In this document: positions 36,013 to 48,507 of the stretch, piece by piece
Layout: each line of letters opens with the position of its first letter
Position numbering within the stretch: the stretch's first letter is position 1
NCBI GenBank assembly: GCA_038087875.1
Contig: CM075992.1
Span: forward strand, 6,512,001-6,576,000
Length of the DNA stretch: 64,000 nt
Reading direction: 5' to 3'
Source of the DNA: Malacoraja senta
Lineage: Eukaryota
The notes under the pieces: model-generated
What the model was told of the DNA's origin: nothing
Database searches by the model: none
What the model saw: only the letters and a program-made list of their open reading frames with translations
Position numbers and translations under genes: made by a program

Positions 36013-36467
36013 TAAGGATGTCTAATAGTGGGAGGATCCTGATTAGTACGGGTGTCAGGGGTTAAGGGGGGAAGGCAGGAGAATGGGGTTGAGAGGGAGT
36101 GATAGATCAGCCATGGCTGAATGGCAGAGTGGGCCGAATGGACTCTCCTATAACCTATGAGTTTATGGTTATTATAAATGCCACAACTGCACACCAGTTC
36201 AATCAGCGCAAGAAGGGATGGGTTGAGACTGTTATGTTTCTTGTCCCCTTTGCTCGAATCCTCAGTAGGTTGCCATACCTCCCCAGTCTCTCTCGCCAAG
36301 CTCGCTCACGTATCTCCTGCCTCCCATTGTGGATAAGTGAAGAGAAACATCTTTATCAGCTCTGTCTGACTTCCACTGAAACCAGTACGTTTATCAAGCG
36401 CCGTTGGACCTGCCACAATTACCGGGCTCCTGTAAACACTGGTCGTAAACTGACGCAGGGGGGTTGA

Positions 36468-36786
36468 AGTTTAGTTTAGTTTAGTTTAGAGATACAGCAC
36501 GGAAACAGGCCCTCCGACCCACCGAGTCCGCGCCGACCAGCGATCCCCGAACACTAAAATACCTCCCTACACACACGAGGGACAATTTACACTTACACCA
36601 AGCCAACCAACCTACAAACCTGTACGTCTTTGGAGTGTGGGGGGAAACCGAAGATCTCGGAGAAAACCCACGCAAGTCACAGGGAGAACGTACAAACTCC
36701 GTACAGATAGCACCCGTAGTCAGGATCGAACCCGGGTCTTTGGTACGGCAAGTGCTGTAAGGCAGCAACTCTACCGCTGTGCCACC
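36468..36786 (-). mobile_element. HE1-type V-SINE
   Basis: Complete head, body and (CTAAA)n tail. Confidence 0.85.
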
Positions 36787-36789
36787 ATT

Positions 36790-37235
36790 AGAGAGGAGTT
36801 GGTGTGGGTGAGTTCTGTGGGGTGGGAGGGGGCAGGAGTGAGTCGCCTCCCAGAGGGAAGTGATTCAAAACGTTTGAATCCAAGGTGAGAGGGGTCGGAG
36901 ATGATCTTGCCCGCTCACTTCCTGGCCCTTGCAGTGTACAGTTCATCAATGGAGGGAAGGTTCCAGCCAATAACCTTCTCGGCTGATCGAACGATTCGCT
37001 GCAGCCTCCGGATGTCGTGCTTGGTAGCTGAGCCAAACCAGGACATGATGGAGAACGTGAGGACAGACTCTACGATGGCCGTGTAGAATTGGACCATCAT
37101 TGCCTGTGGCAGATTGTGTTTCCTCAGCTGCCACAGGAAGTACATCCTCTGTTGGGCCTTTTTGACTGTGGAGTCGATGGTGGCCACCCAATTCAGGTCC
37201 TTGGAGATGATGGTTCCCAGGAACTTAAAAAACTC
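36790..37235 (-). mobile_element. Rex1/Babar-type LINE RT C-terminal fragment
   Basis: FKFLGTIISKDLNW...VKKAQQRMYFL...FYTAIVESVLTFSI..WFGS. Confidence 0.85.
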
Positions 37236-37462
37236 CACAGATGTGGAGGAGGGCCCAGTCTTTGCAAACTGGAGCCAGGCTGTAAGTGGGTGTGAAGTGG
37301 TGATTGGAGAGGGGTGGGTGGGAAAGGGCCCAGTCTTTGCAGATTGGAGCCAGGCTCTAAGTGGGTGTGAAGTGGTGATTGGGGAGGAGTGGGTAGGGGA
37401 GGGGGGGGGGGGGAGGGGGGGAGGGGGTACCAGGGTTATGTTTCTGTCTATCGAACCTGCAG

Positions 37463-37978
37463 TAGATACATAGATACATAGAAAATAGGTGCAGGAGTAG
37501 GCCATTCGGCCCTTCGAGCCTGCACCGCCATTCAATATGATCATGGCTGATCATCCAACTCAGTATCCCGTACCTGCCTTCTCTCCATACCCCCTGATCC
37601 CTTTAGCCACAAGGGCCACATCTAACTCCCTCTTAAATATAGCCAATGAACTGGCCTCAACTACCCTCTGTGGCAGAGAGTTCCAGAGATTCACCACTCT
37701 CTGTGTGAAAACGTTTTTCCTCATCTCGGTCCTAAAGGATTTCCCCCTTATCCTTAAGCTGTGACCCCTTGTCCTGGACTTCCCCAACATCGGGAACAAT
37801 CTTCCTGCATCTAGCCTGTCCAACCCCATAAGAATTTTGTACGTTTCTATAAGATCCCAATCTCCTAAATTCTAGCGAGTATAAGCCAAATCTATCCAGT
37901 CTTTCTTCATATGAAAGTCCTGACATCCCAGGAATCAGTCTGGTGAACCTTCTCTGTACTCCCTCTATGGCTATAATG
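37463..37978 (-). mobile_element. Young CR1 LINE 3' fragment running into the gap
   Basis: Near-identical to 10912-11540. Confidence 0.9.
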
Positions 37979-38178
37979 NNNNNNNNNNNNNNNNNNNNNN
38001 NNNNNNNNNNNNNNNNNNNNNNNNNNNNNNNNNNNNNNNNNNNNNNNNNNNNNNNNNNNNNNNNNNNNNNNNNNNNNNNNNNNNNNNNNNNNNNNNNNNN
38101 NNNNNNNNNNNNNNNNNNNNNNNNNNNNNNNNNNNNNNNNNNNNNNNNNNNNNNNNNNNNNNNNNNNNNNNNNNNNNN
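37979..38178. other. Assembly gap (200 N; true size unknown)
   Basis: Run of N. Confidence 0.99.
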
Positions 38179-38584
38179 TCTTTCCCTCTCAATCCCATTC
38201 TCCTGCCTTCTTCCCGTAACCCCTGACACCCGTACTAATCAAGAATCTATCAATCTCCACCTTAAGAATATCCATTGACTCCACAGCCTTCTGTGGAAAG
38301 TCTCACTTAGTCTCAACTCTTCTGGACCTCTCCCATGGCCCTTCGAGTCACATAAAACGTAGGACGTAGACCATTCGACAGTACACACCCTTCGGCCCAC
38401 AATGTCTGTGGCAAATGTGATGTCAAGAACCCAAGATATCAAGATATCAAGAACCCAATATCAAGATATAAAGAACCCAAGAATCCTTTTTTGCTTAAGT
38501 CCACCTTCCACCACCTCCAGTTTAAATTCCATTTGGAATATTTTTGGAGGACCATGAAGCCAAGAAGCAAGAACCAAGAGCAAC

Positions 38585-39625
38585 TGTACAGTTTTGCTCC
38601 CATAATTTGAGGAAGGACATTCTTGCTATTGAGGGAATGCAGCGTAGGTTTACAAGGTTAATTCCTGGGATGGCGGGACTGTCATATGCTTAGAAAATGG
38701 AGCAGCTGGGCTTGTACACTCTGGAGTTTAGAAGGATGAGAGGGAATCTCATTGAAACATATAAGATTGTTAAGGGTTTGGACACGCTAGAGGCAGGAAA
38801 CATGTTCCCGATGTTGGGGGAGTCCAGAACAAGGGGCCACAGTTTAAGAATAAGGAGTAAGCCATTTAGAACGGAGACGAGGAGACACTTTTTTTATTTT
38901 ATTTTTTTAAATTTTTATTTATTAGAAGTACATTACATTACAACCACATACATTAGTACTCGTCATTTATATCTTCTTACAATTAATGTACTCCATTTAT
39001 TTTTTACACTAGAAAAGGAAAAGATTGAAAGAAAGAAGAAAGTGAAGGAAAAAGTGAAAGTGTAGGAAATGTGACAACAAAAAAGGACGAAGACCCTATA
39101 AGAGCAAAATTAAAAACAAAAGAAAAAGAGTTAAGAAATAGACCCTAGGAAAGAAAGAGAGAGAAAGAGGAAAAAGAGAGAAACAAATATTTTTATGAGC
39201 ATTACGCAAATGGGACATACCAACTCTTCAACTATCATCCCCCTTACCTGACCTCAATTTTTTTTAAAGTACTTTTGCACCCTATGTTTGTAATAATTCT
39301 ATAAATGCAGACCACATCAGGTGGAAGTGATCTGGTTTACCTGCTAGGAGGAGTCTTATCTCTTCGAGGAGACACTTTTTCTCACAGTGAGTTGTGAGTC
39401 TGTGGAATTCTCTGCCTCAGAGGGCGGTGGAGGCAGGTTCTCTGGATGCTTTCAAGAGAGAGCTAGATAGGGCTCTTAAAACTAGTGGAAGCAGGGGATA
39501 TGGGGAGAAAGCAGGAATGGGGTACTGATTGGGGATGATCAACCATGATCACATTGAATGGCGGTGCTGGCTCGAAGGGCCAATTGGCCTACTCCTGCAC
39601 CTATTGTCTATTGTCTATTGTCTAA
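38585..39625 (+). mobile_element. CR1 LINE 3' fragment interrupted by an L1 3' end
   Basis: ORF 38697 (LGLYTLEFRRMRGNLIETYKI...); CR1 resumes at ~39381. Confidence 0.88.
38894..39364 (-). mobile_element. 5'-truncated L1-clade LINE
   Basis: Minus strand encodes ...IRLLLAGKPDHFHLMWSAFIELLQT* (L1 ORF2-like end), T-rich 3'UTR, AATAAA/poly(A); TSD CGAGGAGACACTTTTT at 38878-38893 and 39365-39380. Confidence 0.8.
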
Positions 39626-40479
39626 CTTATCTGCCTGCACATGATCCATATCCCTCCATTCCCTACATATCCATGTGCATACCCAAAGTCTCTTAAACAC
39701 CACCATCGTATCTGGCTCCACCACCACCCCTGGTAGTGCGTTCCAGGCACCCTCCGCCCTCAGTGTAAAAAATAACCCTGCACATCTCCTTTCAACTTTG
39801 CCCCTATCACTGTAAAGCTATGCCTTTGGTATGTGACCTATCTATGCCTCTCATAATGTTACTTACGTTTAATTAGTTGTATGTATAATAGCCTGCACCG
39901 GGTAACTAATCTTCTTGCTGTGACTAGGTGTAGGTTCTGCATTCCACGTAAACAGAAGTATTTGTCGTAATCTGTTTATCAGATACTGACATGATTTGGC
40001 AATCATTTGACTTAGACGTGGAATAATCCATTAACACGGATTCTTGTAATAAGACCATAAGCCATCGGACCACAATTAGGCCATTCAGCCCGTCGAGTCT
40101 GCTCCGCCATTCCATCACGACTGATCTACTTTCCCCTCTCAACACCATTCTCCTGCCTTCTCCCCATAACCATTGACACCCTTACTGATCAAAAACCTAT
40201 CAAATCTCCACTTCAGAAATACCCAATGACTTGCCCTCCACTGCCATCTGTGGCAATGAATTCCACAGATACGCCACCCTCTGGCTAGAGATATTCCTCC
40301 TCGTCTCCATTCAAAAAGTACGTTTTTAAATTCTGTGCCCGCTGGTCCGGGACTGGAACCATCCTCTCAATGTCTACCCTAAAGGCCTTTAATTATCCAG
40401 TCGGTTTTAATGAGGTCCTCCCTCATCCTTCTGAACTCCAGCGGGAGCAGACCCGGAGCCTTCAAATGCTCCTCACATA

Positions 40480-40852
40480 TTCAAGTCAAGTCAAGAGAGT
40501 TTATTGTCATATGTCCCAGATAGGACAATGAAATTCTTGCTTTGCAATATAGTAGGCACGAATACAGAACAGATCATATCAGTGAGTCCAGATACCATTA
40601 TATAAATATATACACATATCAATAAATAAGCTGATAAAGTGCAAATAAACAGATAATGGTCTATTAATGTCCAGAGATTTGTTTCCGTTGAGTTTAAAAG
40701 CCTGATGGCTGTGGGGGAAGTAGCTATTTCTGAACCTGGACGTTGCAGTCTTCAGACTCCTGTACCTTCTACCTGAAGGTAGCGGGGAGATGAGTGTGTG
40801 GCCAGGATGGTGTGGGTCCTTGATGATGCTGCCAGCCTTTTTGAGGCAGCGA
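40480..40852 (-). mobile_element. Rex1/Babar-type LINE 3' fragment
   Basis: RCLKKAGSIIKDPHHPGHTLISPLPSGRRYRSLK; (CTTGA)n tail. Confidence 0.8.
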
Positions 40853-41771
40853 TGAAGGAATTCGTATTGTGTACGAAGGAACTGCAGGTACTGGTTTACC
40901 TCGAAGATAGACAAAAAATGCTGGAGTAACGGGACAAGCAGCGTCTCCGGATAGAAGGAATGGGTGATGTTTCGGGTCGAGACCCTTCTTCAGACTTCTC
41001 ATGTGGTGATGGTTATTTTTCTCAGATGAGTTGAACATAACTCACTACATTTATCAAGTGTTGGATGCCAAGATTTGCATGGGATGCGCAAGCTTGGGGA
41101 AGTTGAAACTTGCCCAAGTGTTGTAAGAATTCAGAGATAAGGTAGAAGTCTGTAACCAGAAAATAAAAGGAGATAGCTGAGAGGTTTGCTGGAACATGGG
41201 GTGATTGTGAAGCTGCAGGATGGAACAGAGGCACATCTGGTAGAAAATTACCCCCTCCCCTGCCCCATGGCTCCAATAATGTGGATTTATAGGCAGATTA
41301 ACACACCTACAATAAATAAACCCAGAGGAAATAAATATTTGGAATTCTCTACCCAAGAGGACAGAGGAGGCATAGTTGTCTTAATCTAATCAAGAGATAT
41401 TGATAGATCTGGGGATATGAAGCATGAATATGGGGCATGGGGTGAGTGTGCGATCGTACGGGTGGTACAGCAAGCACACGAACCAAATGGCCCACACCAA
41501 CATCTATTTCTTATCCTGACAGTATGTCCTCATTGTTTCCCCATTGTATCATAGCTTGTAAGACAGTAGAATCAGAGATAGACACAAGATGCTGGAGTAA
41601 CTCAGCGGGGCAGACAGCATCTCTGGAGAAAAGGAATAGGTGACGTTTCGGGTCGAGACCCTTCATCACACTCTGAGGTTACTCCAGCTTTTTATGTCTA
41701 TGTTCGGTTTAAACCAGCATCTGCAGTTCCTTCCTACCCAGTAGAATCAGAGAGTCGGAGATCAGAGATTA

Positions 41772-42597
41772 AGGGCGGCACGGTGGCACACCGGTAGTGT
41801 CGCTGCCTTGCAGCGCCAGAGACCCGGGTTCGATCCTGACAACGGCTGCTGTCTGTACGGAGTTTATATGTTCTCCCTGTGACCGCGTGGGTTTTCACTG
41901 GGTGCTCTGGTTTCCTCCCACACTCTAAAGATATACAGGTTTGTTCTCACCTTCTCCATCATGGTCTGGTTTGGCTCAGCCACCAAGCACGACACCTGGA
42001 GGCTGCAGCGAATCGTCCGATCAGCAGAGAAGGTTATTGGCTGCAACCTTCCCTCCATTGATGAACTGTACACTGCAAGGGCCTGGAAGCGAGCGGGCAA
42101 GATCATCTCTGACCCCACTCACCCTGGCCACAAACTCTTTGAATCACTTCCCTCTGGAAGGCGACTCCGGACTGTCAAAGCTGCCACAGCCAGACATAAA
42201 AACTGTTTTTATCCACGAGTAGTTGCTCTACTCAACAGCCAAAAATCTGTAGCCTCCCTTTGATCTGGTATTTTGTTGGTTCACATGCTTGATCAATGGT
42301 GTTTTATCATGAATGTTTTATTATTATTAATGTTTAGTGTTTTCTGAGTCATTCGTAACTGTCACTGTATGTCATGTTGTTACTTGTGGGCAGAGCACCA
42401 AGGCAAATTCCTTGTATGTGAATACTTGGCCAATAAACTCACTTAATACATACTTACTTACTAACTTACTTAGTAGATTAATTTGTTTCTGTAAAATTGT
42501 AAATTGTCCCTCATGTGTTGGATAATGCTAATCGCTGGTCGGTGCGGACTTGATGGGCCGAAGGGCCTGTTTCCACGCTGTATCTCCAAAGTCTAAA
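41772..42597 (+). mobile_element. HE1-type SINE split by a Rex1/Babar 3' fragment (~41943-42470)
   Basis: SINE head 41772-41942 and tail ~42470-42597; insert encodes WFGSATKHD..RLQRIVRSAEKVIG. Confidence 0.8.
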
Positions 42598-43682
42598 GAT
42601 ATCCTGCACGGAAACAGGCACTGAGTGCGTACTGACCATTAAGCATCCAACCTAAATTTTTTTCTGTTATTTGACACAGTAGACAGTCATTGTGCTCAGT
42701 TAGGACAAGAAGATAAGAAGGGGCATTTTCTACCAGCTGTGCCACCGTGCCACCCCTCAGCATCCTGAATCAGGGACCGTTTCTTCCCACCTGTTATCAG
42801 GCAACTGAACCATCCTATCACCAACTGGAGAACAGTCCTGACCTCCCATCTACCTCGTTGGAGACACTTGGACTATCTTTAATTGGACTTTACTGGACTT
42901 TATCTTGCACTAAACATTATTCCCTTTATCCTGTATCTGTACACTGTGGACGGCTTGATTGTAATTATGGATAGTCTTTCCGCAGATTGGATAGAACACA
43001 AATAAAAAGCTTTTCACTGTACCTCGGTACACGTGACAATAAACTAAACTGAAAAACTAAAAACAATTAGCCCGTCTCCCAGCAAACCTCTCAGCTACCT
43101 CCTGGTTGCTGATTAGTGTAGATAAGATGTGCATGTACCTTTAACATAGTGACCTCACCACTACTAACCACTCCCCACATCACCAGTATAATTACAACCT
43201 TCCCACCCAGCTCTCTCTCTCTGGTTCCAGTGACAGACCACGGACAGCTAGGGCAGAAACGTATGTGTATAATGTGTAGTATGAATAAACAGTAGTAAAG
43301 AAACAGTGCGTTATGACACATCTTTACAATTAGTACCCCACAGGAGATTGTGAAATTAAGGAGCGGATAGATAAGGCAATGTAAGGACAATTTTCACCCG
43401 GAAACCAGCAGTCATAGCGGACCTGAGTAGCTCTCAATGGTGCCAAATACAACTTTGTTTTCAAGAGAGAGTTAGATTTAGCTCTTAAGGCTAAAGGAAT
43501 TAAGGGATATGGTGGTAAAGCAGGAACGGGGTACTGATTTTAGATGATCAGCGATGATCTTATTGAATGGCTCGAAGGGCTGAATGACCTACTCCTGCAC
43601 CTATTTATTCTATGTTTCTAACTGAACACAACATCCCATGTGTCTTCGTAAAGTCTAAATGAATCTTTCTTCCAATCTCTAA

Positions 43683-43952
43683 AGGGCCTGTCCCACTTTC
43701 ACGACCTAATTCACGACCTTTTTTACTCGTGGACATTTTTCATCAGGCTAGAAAAACGTTTTTCTAGCCTGATGAAAAATGTCCACGAGTAAAAAAAGGT
43801 CGTGATGGCATGAGTACCTACGACTAGCATCACGACCTACCTACGCCCTACCTACGACCTCCTACGACCTCGTGATGACCATTCTGCGAGTATGAGTCAA
43901 GGGTAAACTCGGCAGAGGTCATGAATTATGTCGTGAAAGTGGGACAGGCCCA
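43683..43952. mobile_element. PIF/Harbinger-like MITE with internal fold-back
   Basis: TIR AGGGCCTGTCCCACTTTCACGAC ... GTCGTGAAAGTGGGACAGGCCC; spacerless palindrome 43711-43805. Confidence 0.88.
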
Positions 43953-44334
43953 TTAGGTTTATTCTCCGGGCATCAGTTTTGGCCGATGTCCATATTTGCT
44001 CCAGATCATTTTATTTGAATGGCTCTGGTGGGCAAAAATGCCACTGTCGTTGAAGAAACACCCCCAGTGACATGTGACATCCACCAAGATCAATGCCGCG
44101 TAATCGTTTGCTGCTCACCATGCCTTCCTTACACAGATTATCCAAGGCCCATTCCCCATCAAGACCTCCGACCTCATAAACTCCTTGCCTGTGTCAACTT
44201 AATAGCCAACTATTAAGGGTTCATACCACTGGGCTGTAAAATGCCCAAGCGAAATATCAGTTGCTGTTCCTCCAATTTGGGTTAAGGTTAAGGGTAAATG
44301 GTTAAGGGTAAAGGGTTAAGGTTGACACAAACTA

Positions 44335-45115
44335 TATAGACCGGGCGATCGGTTCGAGGAACACCTTCACTCAGCCCGCCTGAACCTACCTGATCTCCCG
44401 GTTGCCGGACACTTTAATTCTCCTTCCCATTCCCACACAGACCTTTCTGTCCTAAGTCTCCTCCATTGTCAGAGTGAGGCTAAACGCAAATTGGAGGAAC
44501 AGCATCTCATATTTTGCTTGGGCATCTTACAGCCCAGTGGTACGAATGTTGATTTCTCTCACTTCAGGTAGCCCCGGCATTCCCTCTCTCCCTATCCCCT
44601 CCCCCACCCAAGTCGCACTAGCTTCTCGGTTTCACCCGACAAACAGCTGTTTCCTTTATCATAGAAACATAGAAACAGAAAAATAGGTGCGGGAGTTGGC
44701 CATTTTGCCCTTCGAGCCAGCATGATTATGGCTGATCATTTAAAATCAGTAACACGTTCCTGCTTTTACCCCATAATCCCTTAATTCCTTTAGCCCTAAG
44801 AGCTAATTCTAACTCTCTATCTTGAAAACGTAGTTTCTTTATTGAGTATCTTTTATTCATTGTTCTTTGTCTCTCCACATCATTTGTCTATATCTTTCGT
44901 TTCCTTGGTAGACAAAAATGCTGGAGAAACTCAGCGGTTGAGGCAGCATCTATGGAGCAAAGGAATAGGTGACGTTTCGTGTCGAGTCCCTTCCTCTTTT
45001 CCTTTATCGCTAACCAGTCTGAAGAAGGGTCTCAACCCGAAACATCACCCATTCCTTCTCTCCAGAAATGCTGCCTGTCCCGCTGAGTTGCTCCAGCTTT
45101 TTGTGCCTATCTTCA
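44335..45115 (+). mobile_element. Penelope GIY-YIG 3' fragment and terminal repeats, interrupted by a CR1 3' end (~44660-44828, minus)
   Basis: GDRFEEHL...PDLPVAGHFNSPSHSHTDLSVL..LHCQSEAKRKLEEQHLIF remnant. Confidence 0.8.
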
Positions 45116-47079
45116 ACTTAATGGCCATTCAGTTTTGGGTGTGCTTGTCTTTGTTTACAGTTTCCAAATAACAAGCAGCCAACTGCTTGCACCAGCGGTC
45201 ACTGTGCGGGCTTTAAGAAGATTTACACGTTGTCTCCGTTCTGCAGGAGCTCCTCAAGTAATTACAAAACAGACATTCTTATCGCAGTTAACAGCATGTA
45301 AATGATTTACATTTCAGCTGCATCATTCTTTAACTTTTAACGTATTGACCAAAGTTTCTGCCATGCTTATAGTTACGTTTTACAGAGACCTGATAAAGGG
45401 TCCAGACCCAAATGTAACCTAGCGATTTTCTCCACTGACCCAGTCAGTTACTCCAGCACTTTGTGTCTATCTCTGGTATAAACCAGCTTCTGCAGTTCAC
45501 TCTTATTACAAGAACCAGAGGACGTAGGTTTAAGATGAGAAGGGAAAGATTTAATAGGAACTAGAGACCAGAAACCTTTTCACATAAAGGGTAGTGGATA
45601 TATGGAACAAGCTGCCAGAGGAGGTAATCGAGGCAGGTACTATGAGCATTTGAAATACATTTAGACAGGTACATGGATAGGATAGGTTAAGAGGGATATG
45701 AGACAAATGCAGGTAGTTCAGACTAATGGATACAGGGCATCTTGGTTGGCATGGACAAGTTGGACTGAAGGACCTGTTTCCTACAATGACCTACAAGACT
45801 GGTCATGAATAGTGTGTGGGAAGGAACAGCAGATGCAGGTTTACACCGAAGATACACTCAAAATGCTGGAGTAACTATGCAGGTCAGGCAACATCACTGG
45901 AGAAAAAGGAATAGGTGATGTTTCGGGTCGAGACCCTTCTTCTGAGACTGAGGCTCAGGCTGAAGAAGAGTCTTGCCCCAAAATGTCACCTATTCCGTTT
46001 CTGCAGAGATGCTGCCTGACCCGCTGAGTTACTCCAGCATTTTGTGTCAATCTTCTGGTCATGACAGGTACCAACGTCAACTCTATTGAAGTTGAAGGGT
46101 TCTCCCAATGTGCAAACACGGCTTGTTTGGTTTCGGCCCGAAACGTTGCCTATTTCCTTCGCTCCATAGATGCTGCCTCACCCGCTGAGTTTCTCCAGCA
46201 CTTTTGTCTTCCTTGTTTTTTATGCATGTTGTTCAGTCCAATCGCATACCTGTTGTCTCGTTCTGTCCCAGCGCCATGTTGAGTCACATCGAGAATAGCT
46301 GCCCTAGGGGAGTTCAAACCCTGGAAAGGTGTTGCTTCAGAAGACAAGGGCAGATAAACAAACTTCTTTCCCAGACCTCATTTAGAAACAAGGAAATGTC
46401 GCCTCCCATTAACTCCGAGCTAAATCTCACCAGCTCCTTTACTAGGCAAAATTCCAAAAGGGAAACTCGGTTTCGCTGTGAGATTCCATTTTTGTGATTG
46501 AACAGGAAATGAGAATCCCTGTGAAAGTATGCACTTTGTGCCTTGTTTCCGTGCGATAATATCACTGGGATTTCAAAAGGCCGAGCATCCCGAAGCTGCA
46601 AGTTTTTCACCAAATCCATCCGTCGTTATTTTTAGTCCCGTTTTGTGTTCATCATAGCTGGAGAGTTACCAAGCCCTTCCAGGTCAAATACTCCATTCTA
46701 GAGTCAAGAGTGTGGAATTGCCATATGTCCCGACAATGGAACAATGGAATTCGTACTTGCTACATCTTCACAGGGCCTTTAATGCAATAATACACAGATG
46801 GTTTAGTTTAGTTTATAGATACAGCGCGGAAACAGGCTCTTCAGCCCACCGAGTCCACACTCACCAGCGATCCCCGCACATTAACACTACCCTACACACA
46901 CAAGGGACAATTTACATTTATACCAAGACAATTCACCTACAAACCTGTACATCTTTGGAGTGGAGATATATATACAATAATTAATAATACAATAATCTAA
47001 TACTAGGTGACCACAACAGTGCAAAAAACAAACTCTATGTTGCAATCAAAGACACAGTCCATAGGAGATCATAGTTGCT

Positions 47080-47520
47080 GAGATGGTGGCCAGAGTCAAG
47101 AAGAAGTCCATGCAGAGAGTGGTGAGGACGGCTGAAAAAACCATCGGGACTTCTCTTCCTTCAATCCGGGACATTGCGTGCAAACGTTGCTTGTCTAAGG
47201 CCAACAGCATTATAAAGGACCCCACACATCTCCATCATGGACTGTTCACTCTGCTGCCCTCGGGCAAAAGGTATCGCAGTATAAGGAGCAGAACGGCCAG
47301 GTTTTGCAACAGCTTCTTCCCCCGAGCCATCAGACTGTTGAATGCCATGTCATGTGCCGCAACTAGTATCTATTTTATCTATTTTATCTGTTTATCCATT
47401 TTATCCTTTTGTTGTTTTATGCTGCACGGTGAGCCAGATGCAACGAAATTTCGTTCAGACTTGCATTTGTTGGTGTATTTTTGAATGACAATAAAGTCTT
47501 TGATTGATTGATTGATTGAG
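47080..47520 (+). mobile_element. Rex1/Babar-type LINE 3' fragment
   Basis: QRVVRTAEKTIGTSLPSI...LLPSGKRYRSIRSRTARFCNSFFPRAIRLLN; AATAAA + (GATT)n. Confidence 0.85.
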
Positions 47521-48061
47521 AGAGTTAAGAGTGTTTAATTAGTTAAGTTTAGTTTATTATTGTCAAGTGTACCAAGGCACAGTGAAAAGCTTTTGTTTGC
47601 GTGCTATCCAGTGAATAAAAACACTATTCATGATTACAACCAAGGTGTTCAAGGTGCACAGGTAAAGGATAAATGCTACAATGTTTAGTGCAAGATATAA
47701 CATGGAGGACCAGCAGTTCAAATGGTCATATGCACCGGAACGGAACAATACAATTCTTACTTGCAGCAGCACAACAGGTATGTAAATACAGTATTCAATT
47801 GATAACATAATAAGCAAACAAAACAAAGTTCAATAATTTAAAAACTCAATATTAGTGCAAAACAAAACAAAGGGGCTTCCTCCCAACAACCATCAGGCTA
47901 TTGAACACTACACAACACCAACTAAACTGAACAACTGAAGAAGGGTTTTTGGCCCGAAACGTCACCTATTCCTTCGCTCCATAGATGCTGCCTCACCCGC
48001 TGAGTTTCTCCAGCACCTTTGTCTACCTTCGATTTTCCAGCATCTGCAGTTCCTTCTTAAC

Positions 48062-48507
48062 CATCTTACCATGGACTTACCATCGCCCGCCGGGGGCTCT
48101 AACATCGGAGCCCCAGTTCGCCTAGACACTGCAGTTGGACTGCGGATTGGACTGCTTGAACCGCGGGGTTTGAAGGGCGCGGAGCCGGGCCTAGCATCGC
48201 CCGGCGTGGCTGAATGGCCACGGGACTTGCCATCGTCCGCCGGGGGCTTTAACACCGGAGCCCCAGTTCGCCTAGACGCTGCAGTTGGACTGCTGGACCG
48301 CGGGTGAAGAATAAAGGGAAGAGATAAGACTTTGCCTTCCATCACAGTGAGGAGGTGTTGGAGACTCACTGTGATGGATGTTTATGTAAACTGTGTTAAG
48401 TGTGGGTCTTGTTTTTTTTTGTAATGTGTTAAAAAACTGTAGTAATGATATTTCGTTCAAGCCTAAGCTTGAATGACAATAAATAGCATTCAATTCAATT
48501 CAATTCA
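48062..48507 (+). mobile_element. GC-rich unclassified retro-element 3' portion with internal duplication and (CAATT)n tail
   Basis: Shares gccttccatcacagtgagg...cactgtg(a/g)tggatg with 50780, 56196 and 60030 copies. Confidence 0.6.

Noticed and set aside
37251..37430. 75-bp duplication with G-rich tract; also a 20-bp triplication at 7760-7817
   Set aside because: Small local tandem duplications between or inside repeats, with nothing suggesting function.
37732..38278. ORFs containing runs of X
   Set aside because: Artefacts of translating the N gap.
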